The notes beneath the pieces were generated by a model, which was not told the DNA's origin, made no database searches, and saw nothing but the letters and a program-made list of their open reading frames with translations. 64,000 bases of DNA, taken from Takakia lepidozioides. Its lineage: Eukaryota; Plantae; Bryophyta. This document shows positions 1 through 12,961 of the stretch, in pieces. Within the stretch, counting starts at the first letter, position 1. The number at the start of each line of letters is the position of its first letter. Location of the stretch: positions 43,772,001 to 43,836,000 of the forward strand of contig CM060731.1 of assembly GCA_030704615.1 (NCBI GenBank), read 5' to 3'. The translations under genes were made by a program, and so were the position numbers.

Positions 1-1976
1 CCCGGCATGTCAGCTTTTCCAGTTGGCATAGGCACCGAGCCAGTGACCCAATTGTGAAGTTTGAATTGCCTTTCCAGAACTCAAGAGAAAATTGAGCGTA
101 AGCTCCATCTCCGTGTCCGTGCGTAACCATTCATGTCAATGAGACAGGCAACTGACCCAATCCCAAGACCATCTTGTTTGTCGTCTGTAGCCTCGGAATA
201 GCCGTTTTCCTATGATCCATCTTATCATGAATAATACATAGGAACTCCTCCGGAACCATAACGGACTCATTCTTCCAGCTATGGTACAGCCTTCTGCATG
301 ACTCTTGATGCCTCAAGTGCAAATCAAGCGCCCGCTTATGTGCGACCTGTTCGGAACTCATCTTAATCGACTTCTTGATCAAGTCCTTGAACATCTCACA
401 TTCTGTGCACTTAGCAAAGGTGCTTCCTGTTTTCCGAACCTCCACGTTAGGAAATATTCGATTCCGTATACGGCTTATAGCTGGCTGCGAGACTCCTTTC
501 AAACCGAGCAGTCTGTTTGTCTGCACCCCAACTCCCCAACAATGTCAACGTCCACTAGGCAGTGGAGGTTCTACAAAGTGGAAGAACAAGAAAACATGAT
601 GGCATCAAAAAGAATAAAATCATCCACAGTATTTTGAAAAATGAAAAGGGACAACGAATAAAAGTCACCTCGTTGGACTCCTCTCGAATTCTCTTCCAGT
701 TCATTTCGGGTGGCAAAATTCTCAAAGTATCCCGATGTCCCTCTCCAATGCAACGTGTTTTGTGAGGCATAAGGTCAGTATTGGCATTGATAATGGACAT
801 AATGTTCCCCTTTGCCTGGAGTATCCCTGGTCGCGGCCGCTTGAAGCCACGATTTTCGTGGAAAGATGACAAACAGCCCTCTTTACTGAGCTTTTTGCAC
901 TCCATGTACGTTGACCTTCCAATTCCGTGTATTATCCACCATGCTTTTTCACAAACATCAACACCTTCTATCGTAACATACCACCTGCGCGATGACCCAT
1001 CCATAATGTGAAGTCGTTTTGAAACATTCAATCCAAGTTCTCTTCTCTCATCGAATGACGAACCTCACAATGCAGTACGAATTGGCAAGGTTTTTCTCCA
1101 ATCAAAATACTGACAACACTGAAGCTTGCAGCAAAGTTTGCTGCTCACCGACCTCACTTCATCCAAGGTAAGATTTTTCTTGCACTTTTTTGAGTCCTCC
1201 ATATTGGATGGATTCTTCTTCCTAGTAAAATGCATGTATGTTGCTTTCAATACGCCTGTACCATGGTCGTCATTCTCCATGTCACTGCATGATCGTAGGA
1301 AATTTTCGAGATCAACGGAGAGTATCCGGCCATTTTCAAGAAGTCTTGTTTTTGTTAACGGCCATTTCACAATCGACATCAGTGAACCGAACTCTCCAGA
1401 GATTGTTCTGGTGACCAGAACCCCAACATCATCCTCTCCGAGTTTGTCATTCAGAATGATCTCGTTAGGAATGCATGCCTGAATTCAGCCTTCAAACAGG
1501 GCGTTTCCGTCCTTCCCAAGAAGAAGACACTGCAAGTTTCTCCAACAATCTCTCCCCAGAACTGCAGGCAGATCCCCTTCAGTCTCACCGTTGGACGGAA
1601 TATCATTGCTTTCAGTGCTTTGACATTGATAATCACTATCTTCTATGATGGAATGACATCTTGGGTTTCTCAGGGATGTTGAATCCACAGTTTCATGCGT
1701 GCGAACAAAAGACACGTCCCACACAACTGGAGTCCCAATTGCCTCCTTCAATGTGTCAGCATCCATGTGTCGATAAGGCAGAGGACATGAGCCGAATGCG
1801 TCATCACAAAAGATCAGGGTAACTGAAATGGTGGACGAACACAAGTGGTGTCCGTGGCAAGTTCCATCCCCAGAAACATTCAGGCAATCTCTTGAGGCAA
1901 CAACTGAAGGAGATCCAGGAAGCGACAGAAACACCCTTTGGCCTACTTGGAACCCCATGAAGTTAGTAACCTCCAC
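1..1976 (-). pseudogene. Sola1/DUF7869-like DNA transposase, degenerate and spliced, running off the window start; N-terminal part (1485-1976) resembles the En/Spm-associated DUF8039-type domain
   Basis: ORF pieces 1485-1976, 1065-1379, 555-1031 and 131-526. They include a C2H2-like KCTEC...HLRHQ, then IIHDKMD, LGQLPVSLT*MVTHGHGDGAYAQFSLEFWKGNSNF (in-frame stop at 131-133). Closely matches the second copy at 31687-32660, which retains QMDN and FLMVGHTHEDID. Superfamily name is from motif recall. Confidence 0.7.
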
Positions 1977-4900
1977 TGGGCAGTGGAGGTTCAGTAAAAT
2001 CCTATTGCAGGACTGAAGATTAACTGAAAGAAAGAACGTCGTGTCACCGAAAGGAGAAACTTTAAGTATAACTTTTTCGACGGTTTAGAATGAGAAAAAC
2101 AATATCGATTGAAAAAGTAAAGTCAATGTTTGGATCTACACTGGGACTGATGAAACACAAATATTGGAATTAAATTGGAGTATGAGGGCGGAGTATAGAC
2201 TACATCTATCTGAACTGTCAGATGAAGTCACAAATGCCAACCTCCACTGGACAGTGGAGGTTGGATAATATCTGTTGATGAAATCAACCACATGGATGAA
2301 CAATGGATAATGAAGAAGTCATCTGTAGATGAAAAATTGATTTTATGGATGGATGAATATTAATGTGGCGACTGCCCAGTGGAGGTTTGGGAGTAACTTT
2401 AGACAAACAAAAGGAAGTTTAGTTGGTGCACATGGAGAGTACACAAAAAAATGAGTATCATACTATCCTACGTGAGAAATGTGCAGTTGACACCTGAGAC
2501 TAAGGAAGCAAGGAGAGACTCAGAGGCTGCTTCAGAAGTACCCTATGGGCAAAGTGGTGCACGACAGGCAAAGAGGTACACGTTGTCCAGAGAGGTGCAG
2601 GATGTCCAGAGAGGTGTGTGAGAGAAAAGAAGCAAGTGAGAGGTTCAAAGTGGGAAGTTGGTGTTGTGTGGAGTCGGACGTTATATAGAGGTGACATGTA
2701 ACTTTCATCTTTGAATCGCTCCAATGGCAGTGTGGTATGCTTTCTCTCCCGGATCGATTGTGGCCACTGTGGATTAAGGCGGAATCGAACGGCTTATTTC
2801 ATTCGCGAAATCACGGCTTCATTGAAAGTGTGCACAATTTTCCATTTATTGACAGCAGCCATTGTCAAATTAATTATGGAACAAACGATAACGGCCGCGA
2901 TCAGACTGAATTCTATCGTACTTGTACGTTAGTAGGACTACAAGTCTGGCATCATAATCGTGCGGCTCTGACAGCAGACTATGGAATAAGCGTGAAGGAT
3001 GTCGATTCTGACAAGTGGCCTGGAGAAATGAAGTCAGGCGGCTAATCGCCACCACTTATTCTGGACTGCACATTAACAATCGATCATTATAATTAGCTGG
3101 GAGGATTCTGGAGGTGAATCATAAAGCACTTTGAGATTGTTCTGTTTATATTTATCGTGTTGTTATAGTGAATAAAACACTTGGGCAGGGCGGGGCATTT
3201 CATGCCGGCGCATTGCATTGGACAGCAAGGGCAGTGCATTACAGGTGTGCGGAATGCTCTGCCGTGCATTGCTTGCTTGCACATGTTTAATGTAGGGATG
3301 GACCCCTCGTGTCGGGTATCCCTCGATAAATGGGCAGTCCCTATGGTGGCTCTGGACCTTAAATCGAGGAATGCCCGACACGAGGGGCCATCTACTATCC
3401 TTAAAGCCATATGTCACATGGCACTTGCGGGTGTTGTCAGGGAATATTGACGCCAGGTGGCTAACAGCCGAAAGTAATTGTGGACGGCTCATAATGAGAC
3501 AATGATTATACAATGTGACGAATCCGTAGGTACAGCGTTGTGTCCTCTGACAGATTGAGTTCGAAACGACTGCCTAGGCGTGTCACGTGGGTGGTCACAT
3601 GTGCGTTTGGGGTGTGGGTTAAGGTTTGTTGGCATCAAATCTATTTTAAGATTTTTGTAAGCGTGAGGGTTGCAGAGTCTGACCAATGGCGTCATTACAA
3701 TCATTTCGTCCTTTTTTCATTCGTCTATCCAGTCGTCTGTCCAAACGTGTGTGCATTCGTGGAACAAAAGTTGAACTAATTTCATCTGTGTGGATGGATA
3801 GTATTAATGTTAGATTGCGTGGATGGGGCAGAACATCCATTTGGGCCGCGCGACCGTTCGATTTCGGAGGCGATGGTTCAGATCATCCTTGAAGGTCGCT
3901 TATAAGGGGTGCGCTCTTTGACCCCGGCCTTTGGGCTTCCCATTTTCTACGCGTAAGCGCTGCGCGAGTGAGAGCTTAACAGTTGAGAGAGGAGAGCGTG
4001 AAAGAGAAGAGTTTTGGAGCTCGTTTTGCAGCGACTGGACACTGGAGCATGGAGAGAAAGAGAGCAGACTTGGCTGAGTGCAGAGAGAGGAGAGGGTGAA
4101 AGGTGAGAGAGTGAAATAGGCGAAATTTGAAGAGCGGGGAGGAGAGACCGGACAGTGGCGAGTGGAGATTGACAAGTGTAGAGGCGAGAGCACAGTGCAA
4201 TTACCGGCAGGTGGAGGTGCGTAAGAGAGTATCAAACAAAGGACTGTGGTTGCAGGGGCACCAAAATGGCCGGCACAAGCAGGTACAGCATTGAAAACTC
4301 CCTCTTTTCGTCTTCTGTTTCATGTTTTGTGTTGGCCCGCTCTCGATTCATGTGGCCTGTTCTAGATTCAATTCGTTTGGATCCTGCTTCATTCTATGCT
4401 GCACTGCACTGTCTTCAGTGCTTCAGTGCACATTAGGTTTCTGTTTCATTGTTTGCTTCGTTGTTTGCTTCAATCCTTTTTCATTCTCTGTCAATTCATT
4501 TCACTCCTGCTCCATTCTGTGCTTCAGTGCATTCATGCGTCATTGCTTCACTGTTGTTTTTCAATTCACCGATGGTTTGTAGGGTGGTTTTGTGTGGTGG
4601 TTTTGTGTGCAATTGGGTTTGTGTGTGCTTGTTCTGGTCAATTAGGGTAATGGTTTAGGGTGGCGGGAGATTACCGTGCTGGTTGTATTGCTTGTTTTGT
4701 TCATTGTGGTGGTTTTTTGAGGACAGTGGTTTCGGAAATGCCCGGATGTTTATTTCTTAACTGTTTTCTTGATCCCCAAATCCAGCGTTAGTTTGTTCTT
4801 GTCAATCAATAGTTGATGCATTTCTTCCCATTCAAATTCAATTCTGAATGGAAATTTTCATTTCTTATCCAATTTTGTTGAATTCGGCAATTCTGAAAAA

Positions 4901-5298
4901 CCACGATAGCCTAGTGTACTTGTATTCTACAGTAGACATAGGCTAACAGTAGGCTTTGTGCAGGCCAGAGTAGACTATTCGTAGACCCATGTCATGCACA
5001 TGAGGAACCAAAAACTGGAACCTCCATTGCCCAGTGGAGGTTCGCGTGAATTCTGTATGGGGAAGTTGAATGGCATTTTTTCAAAGTAAGGACAAAATCG
5101 GATAATTTCGGGAAAATTGAAAATCAGTTTGAGACGATGTGGGAACGAGTGATGGAATCATATGTGTAACATTGTAAGTGTGACACATACTTTCCAACGA
5201 GACTGGGATACGATAATTGGGAACCTCCACTACCCAGTGGAGGTTCGATATTTCTTTGGGTCAACCAGTTACACACTCTGATTAGTTTTTATGTCAGA

Positions 5299-5759
5299 AT
5301 GAGAAAGAGGAACGAGGTTGGGGAACCGGTGTCTGACGATGAGTACAAGCCCGCCAGATTAAATTGGAGTAAGAGACGGTGTTCGGTAGACATGATGGAA
5401 GCGGACCGTCCAGATCAAAAACATGGTGTTTCGGCACCAGGTGAAAAATCCAGTAATACACCCCTTCAGACTATTCCCCGAACACATTGGCGGCGATACG
5501 AGTGACCGTTTTTGGATATCCAGCATCTCCGGGTTACTCGCTAGCATCTCCTGAATCCACAACAGGATCTGAAAGATATTACCCTCCAAAATTCCTCCTG
5601 GACACTGCAACGAGGGGGGGAGTCCTGGAACTATTGGACGTCTCCGGATCTCCAGGATACTCCCCTGCGTCTCCTGATAGTATCACCGGATCCCCAAAAT
5701 ATACACCTCCAGACTATTCGCCTGATACACTCAGAGAGATAAGAAGGAGCATTCTGTAG
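5299..5759 (+). other. Probable coding segment of the large DNA element, with Y-S-P-rich repeats
   Basis: Follows an AG acceptor at 5297-5298. Peptide includes SPGYSLASP, SPGYSPASP, SPKYTPP and DYSP. A frame change separates ORFs 5299 and 5487. Confidence 0.35.
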
Positions 5760-6590
5760 TTCTTGGGTATATAATCTAGAATCGTCTGAATATACTAGTT
5801 CCTTAATATATTTTGGACGAATGAGGTTCGAAGATTTCTATTGTAGATTTGTCTTGTTTCAGGATGATGTACTCAATGGTTCATGAGCCTCATTTTCATT
5901 ACAGTTTTTTTCTACAACATCTGTAAAATATGGAGGATTTCCCATTTCATTTAGAAAGCCTCGTACATACGAACCTCCATTGTCCAGTGGAGGTTCTCAT
6001 TTCTGGAATGATGGATACTATGAAGAGACATCCTGTTATTTGATTATCTAATGAATTTGTGTTTGGTTGTAACAGAAGACATCCTACACCACCAGATTGC
6101 GTCCCAGGATTGATTGGAGATATTTGTGGCGCATTCGTATGCTGGAAGTCCTCACATTTCAAAACTGAGCATACCGCAATTTTTGAGCTTAACCCAGAGG
6201 GGGGGGGTGCTATTCCGTGAGCCTGTGAGCCCAGGAAAGCGTGAGCCCAGCACAGGCTCACGCCACGTCAGCATGCAAACAGTGCCTATTTCCGCGGATG
6301 TCACCTATTTCCGAGTGGTGTCACCTATTTCCGCGGGTTGATGTGGGGAGAATTGAGAATTGAGAACAAAGTGGTTTGTTTGTTTTTGCAATGTACTCAA
6401 GTCTGTGAGGTCCACAAAACAACAAATATATTGAAGGAACAATCCGGGCAGTCCATGCAACCCCCATCTCCAACAATAGTTTGGAACCATGAATGTGAAT
6501 TCCACGCACACATTGCAAAGAAGACAATAAGGACACACAACCATCCCATTTCAAATTTGTCCCAGAATTAAACCAAAAGAATACTTCATA

Positions 6591-8992
6591 TCAAGTGTCG
6601 CAGTCATCACAATCAGTGTCCACCTCCTGTGCTATGTCATCTACAAAGATTCTGGCCCCAACACCACGTGTTCTACGAAGGCCATCGCAACGTGGACTCT
6701 GAGTGCCATGAACGGACATGCTTGTTGCGAGTGCCTCCGCATAGACAGGTAGCACACAAGACCGAGGAGGACTGAAAACAAGTCCAAATAGGTGTGATAG
6801 CCCAGGAGGGCAAGTGGAAGCACGCGGACTCCTACACATGTCCACAAATCCCATTTTTAACACAATGATGCAATGCACAAGTCCAACGAAGAGGATGTCT
6901 CCCATGTGCACTTTGCCTCAAGAACAGCGATTCTCGATATTGAAACAACAATGCAAGCATGCACAGGTTGAACTTACTCACAGGCAAAGTCGGAGTCCAG
7001 CTCCTTGTCAGAAGTCTCCTCTGTACCAGTATCAGCGGGACGGGGCTTCGGAAGGACCTGAGAAGTGTGTCCACCCAAACCCATCAGGAGGTTCTTGTAA
7101 ATCTCAGCATCCCCTTCAATCCCAAAGACATGTTGCGCACTGGCCTTGCAAGCGTGGTACGAAGCACCTGCAGTGGAATAGAATGAAGTAAGCAGACATT
7201 GAAGACACATTCGGAACGGTGGAAAGTGCTGAAAGTGCAAGCTCAATCAAACCTCATGAAATGTGAATGTTGAAGAGACGAACCTGTGCCCATCGACAAA
7301 TCCAGAACTCTGGCGTCTGTGTAGGTGCATCACTCCACAATCGTTTGAATGAAAGCCGGGCTCCTCTCCCTCGCCCCTCTCCAAGGAACCCCATTCCCCC
7401 TTCGCAAGCACAAGTTGCTGTCGACGTAGTTGTGATGCATGTCATCCGTGGGAGGATCTGTCCTGTCATCTATGAACTTGCCCCCGTGAGTGATGGCAAC
7501 TCCGTAATGCCGGCCGGAGTCGTTGGTGGATGCACCCGGACGAGACAAACAGCTTCAAACAGACGAGTCTGCGAACATGACATCCACAAGGAACTAAGAA
7601 CCAAAATAAAATCGGGCCCCTACATATGAGTTCGAGCGACCTATACAACACAATCCCAGAACAAAAAAGAAGAGGAAGAAGAAGGGAAACTCACCATCTC
7701 TCCCGGACGATCCCCCTTCGTAAGGTACATGCTGTTCACACAATTCCATGTCTTCACGACTCTCATGCCCGAGGCTTTCAAATAGCTGGCAAGGGCACGG
7801 CGACACCGAACATCGATGGACTGGATGAGAACCAAAACACCTGCATCGGAAAGGAAGAAGTTGCAAAAGGAAAAAACCCACCGCCGGTAGCGCTCATCAA
7901 ATGCATTCCAACCCGGACAAGCACCCGATGGAGGGATATCCGGGACTGCCAACCCATCAGGGATGTCCAAGATGATGAGTTCCGCTGCATATGGCTTCTC
8001 CTTCCCGTTCACCCACGATTTGGTCATTTTAGCCTGCAAACAAAAATACAATGGAATTCTGACAAGTTTATAAACGATCCATGCCCACAGCAGACAAAGA
8101 GAGCAGAAGCCACAGAACCCAAAGAGAACACGCACCGTGCTGAGGAACTCGACAATCCTCTCCCACACTGGTGATGGCTCGCCCTTGTAATCAGATTTCT
8201 TCGACTCCATCATGGCAAGGAACCTAATCCTAATGTACCTGCAGGAACAGACACAGCCTCATTTTCCAGTGCACATATTGTGTCCCAGCTTTTTCAACAC
8301 ACCAGGAAGACCCCCTTAAACAGTATGCCACACAACACATTGCAACCACAACACAAGTAAAGAGTGCAAGGGTGTGCACCTGTAAAGGCATCGTTTCCAG
8401 GCTTCCTCTCCTTTTTCCTGCTGGTCAAGCTCATTTGTTCGACTGATGCCACCCTCCTTGCTGAACTCTCTAAAGAAACCAGAGTGCCACACTGTGGCTC
8501 TCCATTTCCTCATGTAAGCTTCGAAGGAGACCTTCGGAGCTGTCATAGTGATGCCATAGTCAGCCAGCTGAGTATGCAGAACCGATCGGGCCCTTTCTTC
8601 CAACTGCAAAACAATTGAAATGGAAGAATGAACCCAAAAACAGTCACAGCGAATGTAAGAGGCAATGGGAAGAGAAGGACAGGAAAAGAGAAAAGAAAGT
8701 GAGATACGAGAGGACATCACACCTGGCTCCAGTAAGTGGCCTTGTGAAGCCAGGTGTCCAGCACATTGTCACTGACAGGAACGACATGCTGGGTCTTCTT
8801 CTCTTTCTCTGGCCTTGGGAACATGTGGGTATCCCTAACTGTGGGATCGGAGTTCCATATCTGTAGCCACTTCACCTTCTGTTCAGAAGACACGACGGCG
8901 GTAGACAACCTGTGCAACTTCTCCTGGGCCATCTCCGGCTTGCCTGGCTTGTTATAATGGTTTTTTATCTCCGATATGACCATGTGTTGCAC
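6591..8992 (-). pseudogene. Multi-exon beta-class DNA amino-methyltransferase (N4-cytosine/N6-adenine)-like gene; 5' end probably extends to ~9300
   Basis: Motifs occur in beta order across GT-AG introns. Motif IV-like ELIILDIPDG (ORF 7641-8213), FLSDAGVLVLI, then PWRGARERSPAFIQTIVE*CTYTDARVLDLSMGTG followed by an intron and ASYHACKASAQHVFGIEGDAEIY (motifs X-I-II). Stop at 7330-7332 and a frameshift near 7545. Confidence 0.7.
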
Positions 8993-9380
8993 ACATTCGT
9001 GCGAGGTATCTCTTGGAGTGTCAATGTTTGTTCTGTGCTATTCTGGCGCAACACAATCTCATTACAATCGGATCTTCCTGTTTACTGCTCTCCAGGGTTG
9101 TTGCCGTCATTTCATAATGGATGGTTTCATGTCATTTTCAGGGTTTGTTTTCCATCCAAAAACAGCACGGCTTCTTGTGGCTCTGGTCTTTCAAAACGGT
9201 TTTTCTGGTTGGTGGGAGGTGAAGATGCACGTCATCCCTACATCCTTGGCATGCATCGCCGGCAGCCTTTGGTTTGGTGCTACCCTTGTTGACCTCAGTT
9301 TGCTGGTGGTATTTCCACTTTCGATAATTACGGGCTCTCAGTTCGGGGATTCCGTTCTGAATCGCCAGTTTCGTTCAGTG

Positions 9381-12300
9381 ATGGAAAACATGTCGAGGGA
9401 GCGAGATGCACTCGCTCGATTCCATTCCAATGCAGGTACTCTTCCACTGACTGTCACTGCAGACGACGATGGGTATGCAGTTGTTCATGAGGATGAGCTG
9501 GTTACAGTGTTCCCGCTGGAGTTGGGTTCTCTGCTTGTTCAGAAAGAGGTGTATGACGATGATGGGAATTTGGATTCTGGGCACTTGGAGAAACCCTTGG
9601 TTGGCGAGTGTGGAAGGAAGTGGAGAGTCCTTCCAGGAACATACCGTGTCCTTGGAAAAGAGAGAAGACAATCAGCAGGATCAGTCGTTACCCTTGGCAC
9701 TACAGCATCGGTCGTGCAACAGAAGGGCACAGTTCCTGTGAAACAAGAGGTGAGCACATCCACTACCTTCGTGACTCTTTCGGACTCGTCCTCGGAGGAT
9801 GTTTCTGAGATTCCTCCGCCAGTGCAAACTCCCTTATTGCATGATGACAAATTGCAAGAGATAACAAGTGTCATTCCAAAATTGAAAGCCCTCGCAGGTG
9901 TGCCTGGGTGCAAGAGCGAGCTACGTTTTGTTGATTGGGAGTCCCTTCCAGTGCAACGGGTTCAATACGTGCCAGCTCAGTTTGATGGGGACATCTTGTT
10001 TGAGCTCAACCCTCCCACGTCTTCCAGTGGACTGGCTGGGCTTCTGCAGGGCATGGACAAGAAACATGACGGACATCCTTGGTGCAGGACAAAAACGTCG
10101 AACATCCATAACGACATTGGCTTGAAATTTCGGAGGTCGGTTTGCGTTGGGCATTGCAAGTGCCTGAATATTTCTTGCCCTCGGCTGAGAAACAGCGCTC
10201 AGCCAAACGAAAGTGAGTGGGAAGGTGTGCCCCTGAATCCTTTCACCCCAGGGCTTGCACCTCCCAAGACCAATACTTTTGTGTGCAGGTTCTGCAAACT
10301 TTCCCCGTCCTGTGTTTCTGTTTGCCACGCTTGTATGTATCAGGTGGCACATCGATGCAAGACAATGACTCGTGCCTGCATTCATATGGGTGCACACGAG
10401 CATCCTGTGTCCAAAGGGAGTTGCAGGGATAGCGTGGACATCGCTAGAAATCTACTGAAGCAAGAGTTCCACAATGCCCCTTGTGCAACACCTTCTGCTA
10501 TAACGCTTGCAGCTAGCAAGGCATTCCTGGAAAAACACATACTGGGTGAAGGGGATGCGACACAGCCAATGCTGGATGCAGATTCCCTTGAGGCAATCAT
10601 GGACCATTTCTCCGTGTTGAGCTCTCCCAATATTCGAAACCAGGTGAATGCACTCAGAATGGGCACAGGCACTGCTGGATTCATGGACAACATTATGGAC
10701 CTCAAACGGAGGAGTCGCTATGAATTCATTCAAAACAGTATGTTCCCTGGCCAGGGCTCGTCCAAAGTGTATTTGTTCAAGATGTCCGCTGTGGGCCAAG
10801 GCAGTGGTGTGAGCATTGTCCGCCGAATGCAACCTGGAGGAGATTTGGCTAAATGTTGGTTAATGTTTGATCACTGCAAACGGGTGAAGGGTTGGACAAC
10901 CATGGCGTGCCATGTGTATGATCCAGCGTACCAGCGTGTGCTCTCCATAGCAATTTGTGATATGCAGTCGGAGGACACTGAATCCCAGATGCTCATGTGG
11001 AATTCCCTCCTGGCCGTCATGCAGCGCAATGGAATACAGAACACAAATTTTGCGGGCTTCATGGCTGATAGTGCACAGGCAAATTTCAATGTAGTGCGGC
11101 GCGTGTTTGGTTCGGGGGATCCTAGGGTCCCAATGGAAAATAGGGAGCGCACATGCCTCTTCCATTGGAGTCAATCTCTGGCACATCATACAAAGCGCTG
11201 CATTCGCCCTGACCTTCAGTTGGAGCATAGAAGGCTCTGTCTGAAGTACAAGAATGCCACCTCAATGGGAGAAGCTGAGAGCACTTACCAGGCAATCCGG
11301 GCTTGGTGGTTCTCCTCTGGTGCTGCTACAGGTATCCACCTGAAGGAGTTGGAGGACTGGTTGGTTTTCTGGCACTTCAGGTACAGACAGTGGGGAGCTT
11401 TCATGACGACGGTAAGCCTCACAAGTTTTCCTTAAACACAAATTGCACTTTGCATCGTGCCTGTTCATTTGGGGTTGTTCGATTGTCACTTGAAGAACCT
11501 CTACCATTTCTTTTCCTTCCTCACATTTCCATGCAATGCCTCCTGCAGGACATGTCCTTGGAGGACTTGGCCGACATGCCATCGTGTAATTTGGCAAAGA
11601 CTGTTCACAACGCCTGGATGCAACAGTCTACCAAAGCAGGTCGTGACTTGTATGTGGCCATTGCTGATGACATGGTGCGGGCACTTACACAACAAACCAG
11701 GTACCGCAATTTTCTGATGGGACGGGGTGGAGGGAAGGGCCCCGATACGACTTTGTTGATGCTAAGGGCTGCGAGTAGGTCCGGAGACCCGTCAAAGATG
11801 GCCAGAGCTCTAAACAGGTGCACTGAAGGCTCCCCTCTGCAATCCAGGCTCCCCCATTTGGAAGGCGAGGAAAGATTTGGATCATGCAAAAGGAAATTAA
11901 ACACTCTTCCAGGGTCAGATGGAGATTCCCATAGGCCAGACAGGGTCAATTTCTCTGTGCCAAAGGTGTCTCCAGTGCAGACTAAGTCCTGTGCCGGCCC
12001 CTTCCCAGGTGGGTCCTCCTCCTGTGGAGCAGGTGCAGAACATGCAAGCATAGCAGCGGAAATCCCATTGGAGGAGGTGGTGGCCATGGTGCAAGAATCT
12101 GATTGCATTGATAGTGACTGGCATATAGAACGCACCCCACCAGGATCTAGAGTGGCTTGCATGGCAATTCGGACCCCCTCATTCAAGAAATGCAAATCAA
12201 AAATATGCAAAGGCTCCAGGGGGACTCCAGCTCCAACATTCACAGGGTTGTTCCGACCTTACCATAGTGGGGAGTCAAAAGAGCACAAGTTTTGGTTCTG

Positions 12301-12961
12301 CCCAGACGATATGGCACGATGCGTGAAGGGAACAGTTCGTCCTTCCGTGATAATGAAGCCCCCTCCCCCCGCAATTTGGCCTGTGAAAATTGGGACATCG
12401 CTGTCCTCAACCGAGATAAGCATGCTGGAGGAGGGAGGGTTTTGTCTTGCACGGTCCCGGGTGGTGCCCTTATGCACTGTCGGCACAGATGTGCCACATG
12501 CTCCGACAATGCCTCCACCCGGTGCCGACTCCCACCCAACAAAAAGAGATGGAAAAACAGTGCGCCGTGTTGCTTCGGGTGCAGATCACGAATGCAAGAT
12601 GGAATCGGCTAGAATTTTGCAGGCTAGGGTGACTCGTATCACCGAAGTCCCTTCCCCGGGGTATGGACGGATTTACACAGTGCTGTCAATTGGCTCAGTT
12701 CTTCATGCCAAAGAATATCAGGTTACCATCGGGAATTTCCCATCGTGCACTTGTCCGGATTTTGTAACAATGCGTGAGGGCGCTCTCGGCATGAGAGGGA
12801 AGTGGGTCCCCTGCAAGCATCAATATTACATATACCTTGTAATTATGTGTTGCGACGGTAAGAGAGACCAATTCATTCACCAAGCCACACTAGGCTACGG
12901 AGAAGTCATCACCCTTCTGCAGCGGGACACCTCGCGTAGAGCTCCGCCAACTTCTCTTTGA
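9381..12961 (+). CDS. MULE-type DDE transposase with N-terminal GCM/WRKY-like Zn domain and C-terminal SWIM finger; exons 9381-11411 and 11549-12961, ~1147 aa
   Basis: DGHPW..TSN..CVGHCKC..C..HMGAHEHP (GCM-like). WLMFDH, GFMADSAQAN and TCLFHW (D, D, CxxH). SWIM CTCPDF...PCKH. The GTAAG...TGCAG intron 11412-11548 joins the two ORFs in frame. The expected NxxE reads NLAK. Confidence 0.85.

Noticed and set aside
3900-4720. Short ORFs in GA-rich and CT/GT-rich sequence
   Set aside because: Low-complexity composition with no recognisable motifs.
547-5995. Palindromic repeats as a CRISPR array
   Set aside because: Spacing is irregular (100 bp to kilobases), there are no cas genes, and the context is eukaryotic with introns.
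6195-6208. 9-bp TSD for the MULE-like element
   Set aside because: No matching direct repeat found after 13374 for the boundaries I tried, so the exact ends remain uncertain.
8976-9380. N-terminal 135 aa of the 819-aa ORF
   Set aside because: Looks like antisense read-through of the neighbouring minus-strand gene. The transposase more plausibly starts at ATG 9381.
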